NCBI GenBank assembly: GCA_001029735.1
Contig: CP011213.1
Coordinates: 784,298-848,297 of the forward strand
Length of the DNA: 64,000 bases
Reading direction: 5' to 3'
Origin: Berkelbacteria bacterium GW2011_GWE1_39_12
Lineage (GTDB): Bacteria > Patescibacteriota > UBA1384 > UBA12157
Positions 62,722-64,000 of the stretch are shown here, piece by piece. How positions within the stretch are numbered: the stretch's first letter is position 1; every line of letters begins with the position of its first letter. The notes beneath the pieces were generated by a model. The model was given only the letters and a program-made list of their open reading frames with translations. It did no database searches and was not told the origin of the DNA. A program made the position numbers and the translations under genes.

Positions 62722-63369
62722 ATGCAAAGTTTCATTTTTTTAGGGCCACCAGCTTCCGGTAAAGGAACGCAGGCCAAAGATTTAGCCGAAAAGTTAGGTT
62801 TAATCTATTTCGGAACGGGTGATTTCATGAGGGCTGAAGCAAAAAAACAAAGCCATTTCGGTCAAATCTTTCAACGTGTTTGGGATGAGGGTAAAGGCAA
62901 TTTAGTAGACGATGATATAGTATTAGAATTCGTTAAGGCTAAAATAGAAGAAATTGGTCAAGAAAAAGGTTTTGTTTTTGATGGTTTCCCAAGAACCATT
63001 AAACAAGCGGAGTTTCTTAATCAAGAGCTCAAGCATAATTTAACCGTTTTCAATATTGAGGTTTCAGAAGATTCTATTGTTTCCAGATCAGGCACTAGAA
63101 AAGTTTGCGAAAATTGCGGAAAAATATTCTTTAAGGCGCCGGTAGACAAGCGAAACTGCGAAGTTTGTGGGGGAGGATTAATTCATCGTCAGGAAGACAC
63201 TCCGGGGGTTGTAAAAAAGCGCTTAGAGGTTTATAATCTTCAAACAAAGCCATTAATTGATCACTATAAAAGTAATAATGCATTAGTAGAAATTGATGGT
63301 GAACCAAATATAGAAGAAGTCGCATTGGAAATTGAGGAAAAGGTCAATGAAAGAAGAAGTAACAATTAA
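62722..63369 (+). CDS. adk: adenylate kinase (with a zinc-binding lid, CxxC...CxxC)
   Basis: P-loop GPPASGKGTQA and lid CENCG...CEVCGG. Confidence 0.93.
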   Translation: MQSFIFLGPPASGKGTQAKDLAEKLGLIYFGTGDFMRAEAKKQSHFGQIFQRVWDEGKGNLVDDDIVLEFVKAKIEEIGQEKGFVFDGFPRTIKQAEFLNQELKHNLTVFNIEVSEDSIVSRSGTRKVCENCGKIFFKAPVDKRNCEVCGGGLIHRQEDTPGVVKKRLEVYNLQTKPLIDHYKSNNALVEIDGEPNIEEVALEIEEKVNERRSNN

Positions 63370-64000
63370 ATCAGCCGAAGAAATAGTAACAATGAGAAAA
63401 GCCGGCTACATAGCCGCATTGGTTTTAGATACACTGAAAAAAGAACTGAAACCAGGAATGTCCACCTATGAAATTGACCAGATTGCAGAAAAAACCATCC
63501 TTGATAACGGTGCCACGCCTTCATTTAAAGGTTTTGGCGGTTTTCCTGCTGCAACTTGTATCTCGGTGAATGAAGAAATTGTTCATGGTATTCCTTCAAA
63601 AGGTCGCATAGTTAGGGAAGGCGATATAGTTGGAATCGATGTCGGGGCCTACTACCAAGGTTTTCACTCAGATACGGCTGTTACACTTGCCGTCGGTCAA
63701 ATTAGTCAGGATAAACAGAAATTACTGGATGTGACCAAAAAATCGCTTATCGAAGCAATAAAACTTATTAAGCCCGGTATTCATTTGGGTGATATTCAGG
63801 AAACAATCCAAAAGATAATCGAGACAGAAGGTTATGGTGTCATACGCGATCTGACCGGCCATGGAGTTGGCAGGCAGCTTCAAGAGCCACCGCAAATTCC
63901 AAATTATGGTAAAAAAGGAACAGGTTTAATTTTGAAAGAGGGAATGACTATTGCTGTTGAGCCAATGGTTTCGATTGGAACCTGGCAGGTCAGAGTTAAA
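63347..64000 (+). CDS. map: methionine aminopeptidase type I, 3'-partial
   Basis: MKEEVTIKSAEEIVTMRKAGYIAAL...GHGVGRQLQEPPQIPNY. It runs off the window and overlaps the adk end by 23 nt. Confidence 0.9.
   Translation, partial: MKEEVTIKSAEEIVTMRKAGYIAALVLDTLKKELKPGMSTYEIDQIAEKTILDNGATPSFKGFGGFPAATCISVNEEIVHGIPSKGRIVREGDIVGIDVGAYYQGFHSDTAVTLAVGQISQDKQKLLDVTKKSLIEAIKLIKPGIHLGDIQETIQKIIETEGYGVIRDLTGHGVGRQLQEPPQIPNYGKKGTGLILKEGMTIAVEPMVSIGTWQVRVK

Overview
This window looks like a low-GC (~38-40%) Patescibacteria/CPR-like chromosome segment, judging by gene content and operon layout. It is dominated by plus-strand housekeeping genes. Those comprise gyrB (5' partial) and gyrA, infB, a cdaA-cdaR c-di-AMP module, obg, the full rpoB-rpoC-rpsL-rpsG-fusA-tuf (str) cluster, and an S10/spc ribosomal-protein superoperon (rpsJ through rplO) that, as in CPR, has no rpmD (L30) between rpsE and rplO. 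It ends with secY-adk-map (map 3' partial). The superoperon is not intact. About 21 kb of compositionally mosaic DNA (38.6-59.6 kb) lies between rplO and secY. Two extra genes lie between fusA and tuf, and two more between secY and adk. The 21-kb insert has no integrase, tRNA or flanking direct repeats. It carries uvdE, an SRPBCC protein, three consecutive Cys-rich zinc-ribbon-like proteins, an SPFH/stomatin protein, a KGG-repeat stress protein, a Pif1-family helicase, a DUF3175 protein, a CYTH-like protein and metK preceded by a SAM-I riboswitch. It also holds a three-gene module: a Sec-secreted beta-rich protein, a periplasmic two-domain PapD/Ig-like protein and a bona fide secretin. That module is unexpected in a lineage generally considered to lack an outer membrane. 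An IS200/IS605 TnpA-only element sits upstream of rpoB. Most minus-strand genes are small, markedly GC-rich (~50%) hypotheticals wedged between the low-GC core genes. A CGCGGAA(A)TTTT motif recurs 10-20 nt upstream of at least six start codons. The extreme 3' ends of gyrB and secY are each duplicated just downstream. A bipartite GTCATTGCGAG/CGAAGCAATCT motif occurs at two intergenic sites. Palindromic operator-like sites overlap the uvdE and secY promoters. No rRNA, tRNA or CRISPR array was recognised. All calls rest on reading the sequence and the supplied ORF translations, and coordinates of short motifs may be off by 1-2 nt.
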